DNA from: Corallochytrium limacisporum Hawaii
Lineage: Eukaryota; Protista; Pluriformea
NCBI GenBank assembly: GCA_002811645.1
Contig: PDIP01000088.1
Span: forward strand, 81,282 to 145,281
DNA length: 64,000 nucleotides
Direction: 5' to 3'
In this document: positions 54,524 to 64,000 of the stretch, piece after piece
Position numbering within the stretch: position 1 is the stretch's first letter
How the letters are laid out: each line of letters begins with the position of its first letter
Made by a program: the position numbers and the translations under genes
The notes under the pieces: model-generated
The model's input: only the letters and a program-made list of their open reading frames with translations
The model's database searches: none
What the model was told of the DNA's origin: nothing

Positions 54524-55392
54524 TTTTTTTTTTTCTTTTTGATATAGATAATGTACCAGGGTGGAGAGCCTCCCCTTTTTTTTTTGAGTTAGTTGGTTAG
54601 TTTGGTTTCTCGTCTTAAGAGTTGTCTCAGCCACTTTGAACCTCGGTGTTGTTTCCTGCCTGTTCTCGTTGGTTAGTCTTTGAACCAGGGGCCTATTTAA
54701 TACTCGCCGGGGCAAGGGACGAGTCTCGAATTCGGCTGTTTTGCGATTGTCGGTGAACCGGTGAGTCCGAACTGTTTGAAGAACAGAAGAAGGTAAAGGG
54801 TCTTTCCCCCTTTTTATCTGTTGTCCGAATTTCCCGCCAACTCTTTTCTCGCCTCTTTGGTGCCTGTATTGCCCCACACGGACTACCCTCCCACACACAC
54901 AACTGCTCAGTACAGACGGCGACAGCAGGGGTACACCGAGGAGTGTCATCGCACGTCGGGTCAGAGCCGAGCTCCCGGCCGTAAACCGCTACATGGAAGA
55001 CTTTGGTGTGCACGCCGTAGACAGTTCATCGTTTACATCGTCTTTCACTCAAAGGGACATGGATGACGGTGGAGTTTTCACATCATCTGAATAGATCGCG
55101 CCCCCTGACAGGGAGCAGAACTTAAGAGATTTTCTGTAGCTGTATACACACGGATTACAGATATATCACCACTGCCCGTGCCGAGCATACTCTTCAAGAT
55201 TGCTTGACGCGGCGTATGAGTTGGGTGGCATAAAATCGCAGGTACGAAAGGAAATGTAGGCCCAGTCCACTAGCGAAGGGAATTCGTCTTGGCATACAAT
55301 CTAACTTCATATCTAGCATACAATATTGTAGCGTGTGCATTAGTTTCAGGCGTCCTAGACTCTGTTCAAGGGAAAATAGATCAGAGGCAACC

Positions 55393-56346
55393 ATGGAACA
55401 TTCTATACCGGATAGGTTTGACCTGAATGAGACACTGCTACGTGTCCACCATTTCCTTGAATTGCGGCATTACTTTGGCAACCCGGAGGAGTTCACCTTT
55501 GTGCCAGAGGTGACCCCACTTACCGCAATTAGTTTTGTTGTCACCGTCTGGACAGCCTACTGGCTGCACATTCTTATTGGTCAGCTTATCCTCGGTGGCT
55601 GGGCTCGGAACTTAGTCCTTGGGAAGCAGGAAACCACACGGGCAGCAGCGCCGACAAAGAGTCATGGACCGTCTTTGATTGACTACGGTGTCGCCCTCCA
55701 CAACCTGATTCTGACTATTTGGTCCGCCCACATGGCCGGTTGCATCGCGTACGATCTATACGAGGCTCATCAGGACAGTAAATTCTCAGTGTATGCATTT
55801 TGTATGCAGCAGGCTGAACTGCCCCAGCCTCTCGGCCGCCGGGCCTTCTACCATCTATTCATCTATTACGTGAGCAAGTTCTACGAGCTCTTCGACACCA
55901 CGTTCCTCGTGCTCAAGAAGAAGCCGGTAATCTTCCTGCACTGGTACCACCACAGCATTGTCATTGCTATGGTCTGGCTCTGGCTGTACGACCACTTAGC
56001 CTACGGGCACATCGGCATGCTCTTCAACACTGTCGTACACGTCATCATGTACAACTACTACATGCTGTCAGCCCTGAAGATCAACGTGCCCTGGAAGCGC
56101 TACATAACCAGCCTGCAGATCTTCCAGTTCATGTGCTCCTTCGCTTTGGCTATTCCGTACGTCTATATGTGCTATAGCGGTGGTTGTCTCGGATGGAATG
56201 CCTTCATCTTCTCGTGCTTCACAAATGGCTCATTCCTCCTCCTGTTCATCCAGTTCTCGAAGCGCACCTACGGTTCCGCGAAGAAGTCTTCTGCCAGGAA
56301 ACCCGCCGTCAAGAAGTCCGTCACCAACGGCAAGAAGCGGAACTGA
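55393..56346 (+). CDS. ELO/GNS1/SUR4 family very-long-chain fatty acid elongase
   Basis: SKFYELFDT, FLHWYHH, NTVVHVIMYNYY and ITSLQIFQF motifs; C-terminal KKRN ER-retrieval signal. ATG 55393 (aaccATGG). Confidence 0.96.
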   Translation: MEHSIPDRFDLNETLLRVHHFLELRHYFGNPEEFTFVPEVTPLTAISFVVTVWTAYWLHILIGQLILGGWARNLVLGKQETTRAAAPTKSHGPSLIDYGVALHNLILTIWSAHMAGCIAYDLYEAHQDSKFSVYAFCMQQAELPQPLGRRAFYHLFIYYVSKFYELFDTTFLVLKKKPVIFLHWYHHSIVIAMVWLWLYDHLAYGHIGMLFNTVVHVIMYNYYMLSALKINVPWKRYITSLQIFQFMCSFALAIPYVYMCYSGGCLGWNAFIFSCFTNGSFLLLFIQFSKRTYGSAKKSSARKPAVKKSVTNGKKRN

Positions 56347-56509
56347 ACAGACCCTCACAGTCAAATTGTCTTTTCTCTAAACAAAGGTACCAGAAGTCAT
56401 TCTCATGTAGTCCTAAGAACGCACCAAAACGGACAATTCCATCTGTATATAATGTTAAAATCCGTAATCTGAGTTTCCATTAAAAGTGCAGTCAAGTTCT
56501 TACCTTCTT

Positions 56510-57709
56510 TCAGAAATTTGATGTTTTTGGGGCAGCGCTCTTCAGGCGAAATCCACCCGGTAGAACAGACGGTCGCAGGACGCCATTCTCATTAGACTTT
56601 GCCTCATACCATGCAGACCAGGAAATGAACTCACTGGGTAGAACAAGAGCCTCCTCCTTTCCCTTGTCAGCTTGGCCAACGCCACGAGTCACTGCCACAA
56701 TGACAAAGCCACCCTCGTAAGATTGGGCCTCTTGGTATGTGCCCTCATTCATAACTATGACGTTGACGGGTCCCTGGCAAGAGGACACGTCGACTGGGGC
56801 CAGGTGCACAAGCAGACCAACAGCCTCACAGCGCCGCACGAATTCCTTGAATAGATCCAGGCGTCGGACGGCAAGGCTGATCAGACCCACAGAAGCCATC
56901 GAGTTGGCGAGCGAGTGCGTGAGCAGGCCTGACACCAACAGTGGGTGCTCATCGTCGTAGACAATGTCAGCGCCGAAAATAAGATCGTATGAACGAGGCG
57001 GCACAGAGTCTAGCTGGTCCCACTGGAGTCTCTTGATGGACACGCGGGCACCACAGAGGCCAACCGAGTTCTGGGAAACATTTTCATTGAGTTGCTTAAT
57101 GACGGCTTCGCTACCGTCGGTAAAGATCAGTTCATCGGGGCGCACGTTAGCCTTGTGTAGAGTTTGCATCAGAGTCACAGCTCCCAGACCCAGGCCGGAG
57201 CCAACCTCCATGATGCGCTTACCTTCCAACCAGGCCCAGCCGTACTTGTTCTGAGCGATCCACCGAGCCATGACCTCAGAGGCACGCCACACGGCCCACC
57301 CAGTCTCGCCATCATCGTAATCCATCTCTTTCAGCTGAATAATCTCATTGTCGATCTTATACTGGAGCATACGCGACCGGCGCGCTGTGGATCCAGACAT
57401 GTTTGCCAGCACAGTGGCAGCCCGATCAGTTACATCAGTGTTCTGTAAGCTCAGCAAACGTACAAGCAGACCTGAAATGTCATACGTGTCCAGTTGTCGC
57501 AGATAGGCCGCATCTTGATCACTCACAGAGATGAGCTCATCCAGCAGCTTGATGATCTCCCCATTGCTTGCCACATCTCCCCGCTTTGCAGCAGGGTACA
57601 GGGCACGCAGCAGGTCGATACGGCGCGCGAGTTTCCCCTCGGCGCGCCACGACCCGGCGTCGAGATCCGATTTCTGTTCCTCAATGTTGACGATGCTTGA
57701 AATTTTCAA
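56510..57709 (-). CDS. Family-16 (METTL21/Efm-like) SAM-dependent protein methyltransferase with an N-terminal ARM-like region; true start unresolved
   Basis: TGWAVWRAS, IMEVGSGLG (motif I), FTDGS, LQWD and DLIFGADIVY motifs. ARM-like LLVRLLSLQNTDVTDRAATVLANM. No in-frame ATG before 57400. Confidence 0.85.
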   Translation of the reverse strand: MKISSIVNIEEQKSDLDAGSWRAEGKLARRIDLLRALYPAAKRGDVASNGEIIKLLDELISVSDQDAAYLRQLDTYDISGLLVRLLSLQNTDVTDRAATVLANMSGSTARRSRMLQYKIDNEIIQLKEMDYDDGETGWAVWRASEVMARWIAQNKYGWAWLEGKRIMEVGSGLGLGAVTLMQTLHKANVRPDELIFTDGSEAVIKQLNENVSQNSVGLCGARVSIKRLQWDQLDSVPPRSYDLIFGADIVYDDEHPLLVSGLLTHSLANSMASVGLISLAVRRLDLFKEFVRRCEAVGLLVHLAPVDVSSCQGPVNVIVMNEGTYQEAQSYEGGFVIVAVTRGVGQADKGKEEALVLPSEFISWSAWYEAKSNENGVLRPSVLPGGFRLKSAAPKTSNF

Positions 57710-58159
57710 GAATAGCCTGCATCAAAACCCATGAAATACGTCGCAGTGAAAGGGCGTTTGGTGTAGTCTATTGTCGCAGACGGCTTCTGACCTCCCTTAC
57801 GTTGGCGCGTCTAGTAACTTGCTTGTATGATCTGGTATGTAGTGGCACGCCTTTGCTGAATTTGGTGGCCAAACTTTGAATTGAAATCGAGAAACCATTA
57901 AATGCTATACTGTTTTCAGGTGAGGCATCTTCATATACCAATGACTCGCCGGACAAATTTACTATAACAGGACGAATGATGTAAAGCTCGCACACGCACC
58001 CGCGTTGGCCCCCCCCTAGGCCCTGTGTCCACCCTCTTGCAAAGAGAAATTCGACCCACTCACCCCTTCCCGATTCCCCGCTCCACTCCCCTCCTCCCCG
58101 AGCGGGTCGAGAGGCTGGGACAGGGGGACGGGCATGGAAATGCCTGCACGTTGTGCCCT

Positions 58160-59776
58160 TCATGATCGTGCCATTCTCAAACTGTGATTGAGTAGAGCGG
58201 GTAGGATGTCTCCGTAAAGATCATTGCATTCGGTGAGTAGCGCAGTGATTTCTTCCAGGTCGAGCTCACCATTTTGATCCAAATCATAGACCTTGAAGAT
58301 GCAGTCTATTTCGTCCCGCGTAACCTGGATTTGTTCTTGTGGTCGCGCAAGCCGGAAGGCTTGCTCCAATTCTTTACGGTCAAGCTGGTGATCCCCGGAT
58401 ACATCGTACAAGCGCAAAAGAAATTTAGCCTGCTCGTGGGGATCATCGGCTCGACTCTTAATTTGGTCTTGCATAGCTTTCAGGCCTAATATGAACTCAC
58501 GGAACTCAACAGTGCCATCATGATTTGCATCAATAAGATCGAAGAGCGTTGTCGCCACACCTTGAGGTAAGTCGATCATCTTGGCAAACTCAGGAGCCGT
58601 AATCGTTCCCGAGTGGTTCTGATCCGCCTGGGTAAACTGTTTGAAGAGCTTGTACAAGGCATGACGAATGTCTGAACATTCAGCCACATCCTGCGCCATC
58701 ACACCCACATCTTTGAGACCAGCCCGGATGGCCATGCCAAGAAGCCGAGCTTCGTCTATCCAGTGATCTGTGACTGTCACATGCCTCTCTTGCAGTGCTT
58801 CGGCCATCGCAACCCGGACCTTAGAAGCATACAGATTAGCGTTGATCTTTTCTTCCCTGCTTGGCCGGTATAGAGGCAGAAACTCGATGGTTGCAGAGTT
58901 GTACAGCTGGAAATAGTGTCTGAAGATAATGGGAAATAGTCCATCACCCTGGGTGCACCAAGCAGGATCAAAGTTGCGACTAGGGTACTGGACAACGATG
59001 GGCTGTACTGGTGCACCTGACCGGAAAGAGCCGGCCTTGAAGTTGATCAGTGTGTTGCCACTCTTAGTGGTGCCCTCCGGAAAGATTAGCAATGGAAAGT
59101 CTTCTCCAGCTTTTCCACGAGCACGAGAATCAATGGCAGCCTGTACCTTATGCCGCGATGCTGGATCAAACCGATTGACAGGGATACCCCGTGTGATGCG
59201 CATGTACTCCCCAGCAATGGGCAATCCCAAATTTGATGCCTCTGCCACAAAGCACACGGGCACTCGTGTGGCAATCAAGAACGGGTCAAGGAAGGAAATA
59301 TGGTTACACACTAAAAGCGATGCATCGGGATGCAGTCTGCCGGTGACTGTGATGTGGTGGTAGCCTAGGCAGAACAACAGCACCCGGGCAAAGAATGGGG
59401 CAGCCACCTCAAGTAATTTTCGACGCCATGGTGCCAATATAGGCGGATTGACTGTCCTTAGCCCATCTTCTAGAGTACGGTTGAGACCAATGTTGACCGG
59501 AATCAGCACCAAAAGGTACAATGCGATAACTGTAATAAGAGTTGCTCCCATCCGCAAAAGTGCTAGAGGAGACAGTACTATAGCCTTGGTCAGCTCATAC
59601 GGATGATGCCAAGGTAAACCAGTCTGTACGAACGGTTGAATCTTAGGACCTACTTGGTCAGGCCAAACTGCAGATGAGCGCAACAGAGGCTTAGCCGATG
59701 GCACTGATCCCGAAATGGCGGAACGCTTGAGTCGTTCCTCTCGAAGCGACTGGGACCTTCGGAGCAAAGCGGCCAT
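58160..59776 (-). CDS. Lysophosphatidylcholine acyltransferase LPCAT1/2-like with C-terminal EF-hands
   Basis: NHISFLD, FPEGT and GAPVQPI motifs; four EF-hand-like loops (DQNHSGTI, DANHDGTV, DVSGDHQL, DLDQNGEL). Confidence 0.94.
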   Translation of the reverse strand: MAALLRRSQSLREERLKRSAISGSVPSAKPLLRSSAVWPDQVGPKIQPFVQTGLPWHHPYELTKAIVLSPLALLRMGATLITVIALYLLVLIPVNIGLNRTLEDGLRTVNPPILAPWRRKLLEVAAPFFARVLLFCLGYHHITVTGRLHPDASLLVCNHISFLDPFLIATRVPVCFVAEASNLGLPIAGEYMRITRGIPVNRFDPASRHKVQAAIDSRARGKAGEDFPLLIFPEGTTKSGNTLINFKAGSFRSGAPVQPIVVQYPSRNFDPAWCTQGDGLFPIIFRHYFQLYNSATIEFLPLYRPSREEKINANLYASKVRVAMAEALQERHVTVTDHWIDEARLLGMAIRAGLKDVGVMAQDVAECSDIRHALYKLFKQFTQADQNHSGTITAPEFAKMIDLPQGVATTLFDLIDANHDGTVEFREFILGLKAMQDQIKSRADDPHEQAKFLLRLYDVSGDHQLDRKELEQAFRLARPQEQIQVTRDEIDCIFKVYDLDQNGELDLEEITALLTECNDLYGDILPALLNHSLRMARS

Positions 59777-60699
59777 CGTGATCTTTATCTTCGATGTCTC
59801 TAGCGGATAGAATCCAAAAAGCTAAATCCTCCGAGTCGGTGCACTGACAGCCCAATTAGTAGCACAGCATGCATCATTTGGGACAGGAACTTAAGAATCT
59901 TAAAACGCAGGGCATCTACGCATTCTCCAGACCTTCGTGGTGTTGACTGATTCGTCCCTCTGGAAGATGTAGCAGCAGTGGGAAGGATCCTACTCCCACC
60001 CGACACGGGTGTTTGTGGTAAAGCTCTGGTATGGATGAATAATGATTACTTGTCTCCTATGGAAATAGGGAACCAAGATGATCACCCGCCTTAGTGGGAG
60101 ACCATTGGGGATGAGTTACATTTTGCACTTCGATACCTCAAATCCATCCCTGTGTAACCGGGCAATCCCGCTTAGGAGGTATAGCCCTTCAGAGCGCGAA
60201 TCGAGCTAGCTAGCGTACGTGCCATACTATGAGGCGGTCAGGAATTTTTTGTGGCCAGAATACAGAAACAGATTCTGTGTAGATTCGTCGTTTAACACAG
60301 CCCCGACGGAAAGGGGGGGGGCTGGGTGGGGTGGGGTATCCAGTTCTGTCTCTGCCTGGGGGTGGCACCGAAGTGCGCGTCCAGTAGACGGGGCCTTGGG
60401 GGGGGTGGCGGCGCGGAATTGTTAACCCCTCACCTAAAGCACCCTGGGCTGCCGGCCACTTGATAGAGTGCCGCTGGGCGACTGGGCCGCGTGGTGGAGG
60501 GTGGGGTTTGTTTTCTATTTGCCATCATTTGATCCTCGAGCTATTTCTGGCCTTCTCATCAAGACAGAGTATAAAGGTTTAGCTCCAAACCATCTGTGAA
60601 CATCTTGAGAAGGGATGAAGGTTCGATTTCGGCACCCATGGGCGGGAGAAAATTTTAGACGCAAGAGAGCATAGTTAGTTCGAGGAGCCTGCAAGGACA

Positions 60700-61230
60700 A
60701 TGTTTTACTTTATTGAACTGGATCACGATGTGCTACTGCACTCCCAGTTCTTTGACAAAGATATCAAACAACACGTAAAGAATATTTTACTTCAAGAGGT
60801 AGAGAACCAAAAGCTTCCTCGATATGGGTGGTGCGTCATGGTCACCAACATTAAGTCGATCGACAAGGGCCGGATACAAGAGGGAACTGGTATGGTTACC
60901 TTCAAGGTATCGTATCAGGCTGTCATTTACAGACCCATTGAAGATGAAGTCATTGATGCTACTGTAGGACTTGTGAATCAACACGGTGTGTGGATCGATG
61001 TGGGACCAATCAGGTGCATTGTCAGTAAGTTGCACCTGCCTCCTGAGTTTGTATATGATCCCCACGGATCCGCTGGCCAACCGTGCTACAAAAGCGAAAA
61101 GAGTGAAGGGGGAATGGAAGTTATTACCACCGGTACAGATGTCCGTGTTCGCATGTTTGGAACGCGAGTAACTGACTTCTCCGCTGTGTGCACCATGAAG
61201 GAAGAGTATCTGGGTATCTATAAAACGTAA
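60700..61230 (+). CDS. RPB7: RNA polymerase II subunit RPB7
   Basis: MFYFIELDHDVLLH...EVE...RYG...GRIQEGTG.VTFKVSYQAVIYRP..EVIDATV...TMKEEYLG; 176 aa. Confidence 0.93.
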   Translation: MFYFIELDHDVLLHSQFFDKDIKQHVKNILLQEVENQKLPRYGWCVMVTNIKSIDKGRIQEGTGMVTFKVSYQAVIYRPIEDEVIDATVGLVNQHGVWIDVGPIRCIVSKLHLPPEFVYDPHGSAGQPCYKSEKSEGGMEVITTGTDVRVRMFGTRVTDFSAVCTMKEEYLGIYKT

Positions 61231-61813
61231 GTCATAGTCTTCCGATGGCTATAGAATGAAATACATACAGTAATTACAAATAGGAACAACTACCAGTGGG
61301 ATCAACTATGTTCTCGCGTCCGTCACTTCGGTTTTTCTGTTTCTTGTTCATGTATCCAGCATGACGACAATCATCAAACACGGTCTCTTGGCGGGACCCG
61401 TATATCCTGTTTTGGACCACAGACCTCAACAGACCGTATTGACGTGTCTTCATCCTTTGGAACTCAAGCAGGTCCCGTCTCAGGTTCACAATCGGTCGCG
61501 GCGCGCCGAGCATAATCAGTGGATGTTGAACATATGCAAGGGACCAGCGGCTAACAATTGAAGTCCCGTTCCAGGCCTAAATGGAGGCTCCCCGAGTGGT
61601 CGCGTCCCCGACTGCTGGCGACCGACAAAAGATTACACTTTTGGACGGCCCGTGCCCATTGGCACTCTTTAGACCTTACCCACGAAGCACCCGTGTTTGT
61701 CTTTTTTGGTTTCAGTCAATGTATGAGTCAATGAATGGTTGGTATACTAATGACTGCCCCAGGAAGGAAAGCCTGGCATTGGGAACGGAAAATTTTTATT
61801 CGGTAAGGACAAC

Positions 61814-61875
61814 TTGCTGGGGATAAGGAGAGAGAAAAATTTGTTGGGGATAACGAGGGAGAAAAATTCGTTGGG
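61814..61875 (+). repeat. 27-bp tandem repeat, about 2.3 copies
   Basis: TTGCTGGGGATAAGGAGAGAGAAAAAT / TTGTTGGGGATAACGAGGGAGAAAAAT / TCGTTGGG. Confidence 0.8.
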
Positions 61876-62329
61876 CTTGAAAGGATAAGAAAGTGTGGTT
61901 CCAAGGGCTTATGAGTGCGCGCTCCCCTACTGAATCTACGTCATGATAAGTGTGGCAGTTTACTGGCACGGTCGTCTTCGTAGACTTAGGAATCCTTCCG
62001 TATTTGGGAAAAAACAGTCATACATCCTAGCATTTGGGCCAGGAATGAGATTCTTTTCGGGGTATACGCAGAAGGGGGTTGGTTGGTCGTGCGTGGTGGG
62101 CAAAGCTAAGCACTGGCATGCAATGGAATTCATGGCATTCAGGGCTCGTAAGGTAGAAAGAGCGCGGTGATCAAGCTGAGACTAAGAAATGATTTGTGGC
62201 CAGCCATAGTTGATCGTATTAAGTTCTGCGCATTTGTACAACTGTGTGGTCATTACAGAATCACACAGAATAACCTGAGATATTTCAAGGGAAGTAGTGT
62301 CGCCTATTGTATCGTTGAGAGCGACCGCC

Positions 62330-63391
62330 ATGAACCACCACAATCACCACCACAGCCATGCGACTGGCATGCACAGCCACCACGCCCATGCCCATGCAAC
62401 CGCCATGCACCATCACCATGGGAGTACCCTTCACCATCGTCGTAATGGCTACTATTCTCAGCAAACTGACGTCCGTTTGTGCGTGCAAATTTTGAACACT
62501 ATGCTTATCGGGAACATACCACCTGCAAATTACGACAATGCAAAAGTAACACAAACCATATTAGAGAGTCGGCCCACCTCGGCGAAAATCACTCCGCTTT
62601 GGAACCTTGAAGGAACCTTTGCTAAAGTGTTTCCGAAGGACATGTTGGATAGCCTGGTTTCCCCGTTGTTCTATTCATACATGATTGACGGCTTGAATGT
62701 CCATCTGAGTGCGTTTTACCAATATCATGATCAGATCAGAATCTATAAGACAGGGCGACTCCTTCCTTTGATTCTAAGCTGTGGCCTCTTTTTGCCTTGT
62801 GTTTATGGTGTGGGCGTTAAAATGGACAACACAGTGCTGGTAATGCGAAGCGCTATCTTTGCCTATTTGAACGCTATCAATAATTTCTTAGCCCCTGTGG
62901 GTGTCAAGGTCACGTTGACGTTTGTTGAAGTTCCTGAATCTGAAGTGGACAAGTTAGACAGTGTTCGCAAACTGATGAAGAACGGTGAGAAGAATATCAC
63001 TCACCACCTAGTCCTCGAACTCGTCCAACCAACTAGTGACCCCGTAAGTGTTCACACGTTCTCCGATCAAGCTATAATGCAGATGCAGATCACAGAAATG
63101 GAGCGGCTGATGGTATACGACATGCGGATGAATCCAGCACAGCTGCTCGTATTGCAACAGACGATGGCTTCTATGAGGAACCGAGCACTTGCAGTATCTC
63201 CAAACGCAGGGACTTCCGCGAATGTAACAGTGCCTGGCACAAACACCGGACAGATGCAACCGCAACCGAGTAGCCTTCCTTCATACACAGCACAGGCACA
63301 GCCTCAACTGATTGACGTCCCACCCCCATATATGGGACCAAATGCCTCGAATGCTGCGGACGCTACACCACCGGAAGCTAAAGGCAAATGA
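62330..63391 (+). CDS. His-rich protein with a Golgin-A7/ERF4-like domain and a C-terminal PPPY motif
   Basis: ATG 62330 (gccATG). FPKDMLDSLVS...MIDGLN...LSCGLFLPC...YLNAINNFLAPVGVKV resembles the ERF4 domain. P/Q-rich tail with LPSY and PPPY. Confidence 0.65.
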   Translation: MNHHNHHHSHATGMHSHHAHAHATAMHHHHGSTLHHRRNGYYSQQTDVRLCVQILNTMLIGNIPPANYDNAKVTQTILESRPTSAKITPLWNLEGTFAKVFPKDMLDSLVSPLFYSYMIDGLNVHLSAFYQYHDQIRIYKTGRLLPLILSCGLFLPCVYGVGVKMDNTVLVMRSAIFAYLNAINNFLAPVGVKVTLTFVEVPESEVDKLDSVRKLMKNGEKNITHHLVLELVQPTSDPVSVHTFSDQAIMQMQITEMERLMVYDMRMNPAQLLVLQQTMASMRNRALAVSPNAGTSANVTVPGTNTGQMQPQPSSLPSYTAQAQPQLIDVPPPYMGPNASNAADATPPEAKGK

Positions 63392-63987
63392 AATGCCAAC
63401 GCACGCAACATAATATATTCGTTTGTTTAAGCATGTGAAATTTAGGTTGGAATTGAACTCAGGCAGTCAGGGTCGGGCATCATCGGTGACGAGTGAAGGT
63501 GGGGTGGCCGCATCCGGGCCATCGTCTCAGCACCAGAGACCCCCCCCCCGGGGGGGGCGGCGGTTCAAAATGGTTCAGCTTAGTAGTGGTGAGATCCCTA
63601 AGCCGTGGTCTCCTTGGTAAAGCGACAGGATTGGGGAGAATTGACTCGCCATTGTTATAAATTAGGCCAGCGTTCAGCCGTGGTGGGGGGCTCCACTTGC
63701 ATTTCTATTGCCAGTATTACCACAAAAATCGTGCGTTCCCCTAGTTGTCCAACAAATTTACATATAGTTCAGGGAAACAAAGTGTCGTTTATCAGATCGT
63801 AAGGGAAGAAATACCGTCCTGTGCAACTGTCAAGGGTTTCCGCCCGGCCTTATGTAATACAGGCTTGCATATACACAGGTTGACGTTAGCCTCATGGACA
63901 GCCTTCCACATCCTTCTGCCCCACACTGGGCACGTCTATCACTGCTTGCTGATTACCGTGTTCAGTTCGGTCTCCCTCTTGAAGTGT

Positions 63988-64000
63988 GGGGTTAGGGTTA
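63988..64000 (+). repeat. Candidate start of a (TTAGGG)n telomere
   Basis: The window ends in GGGGTTAGGGTTA with the G-rich strand running toward the end, as expected for a chromosome right end. Only two units are visible. Confidence 0.5.

Noticed and set aside
57706-57732. Antizyme-like +1 frameshift at TCT-TGA upstream of the methyltransferase
   Set aside because: A +1 shift enters a frame that stops within 8 codons, not the methyltransferase frame.

Overview
Gene-dense, essentially intron-free eukaryotic nuclear DNA with opisthokont/holozoan-like gene content. An intron-poor unicellular relative of animals such as Corallochytrium is a plausible but unverified guess. The window holds 18 single-ORF protein genes: ADD/PHD-like Zn-finger protein, ANKRD11/12-like ankyrin protein, MFS transporter, oligopeptidase B, TLC-like membrane protein, ADI1, PRELI/Ups, Rsm22/METTL17, AT-hook + double-PHD protein, mitochondrial PheRS, TSTD2/TrhO, beta-lactamase-fold hydrolase, transmembrane hybrid histidine kinase, ELO elongase, ARM + family-16 methyltransferase, LPCAT, RPB7 and an ERF4-like protein. 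Intergenic DNA is low-complexity, with (GA/TC)n tracts and CnGn palindromes. There is a 289-N gap, and the window ends in two telomere-type GGGTTA (TTAGGG-register) units. Three signals are missed by the ORF track. (1) A tRNA-Arg(ACG) gene is interrupted in its T-loop (position 59/60) by a 52-nt intron with an archaeal-style bulge-helix-bulge splice motif. (2) Head-to-head with it is a 5S rRNA gene that keeps all helices but lacks 2 nt of the conserved loop E. (3) A heavily decayed pseudogene of the axonemal dynein assembly factor LRRC6/DNAAF11 suggests loss of a motile flagellum. All protein assignments come from motif recognition by eye, not database searches.
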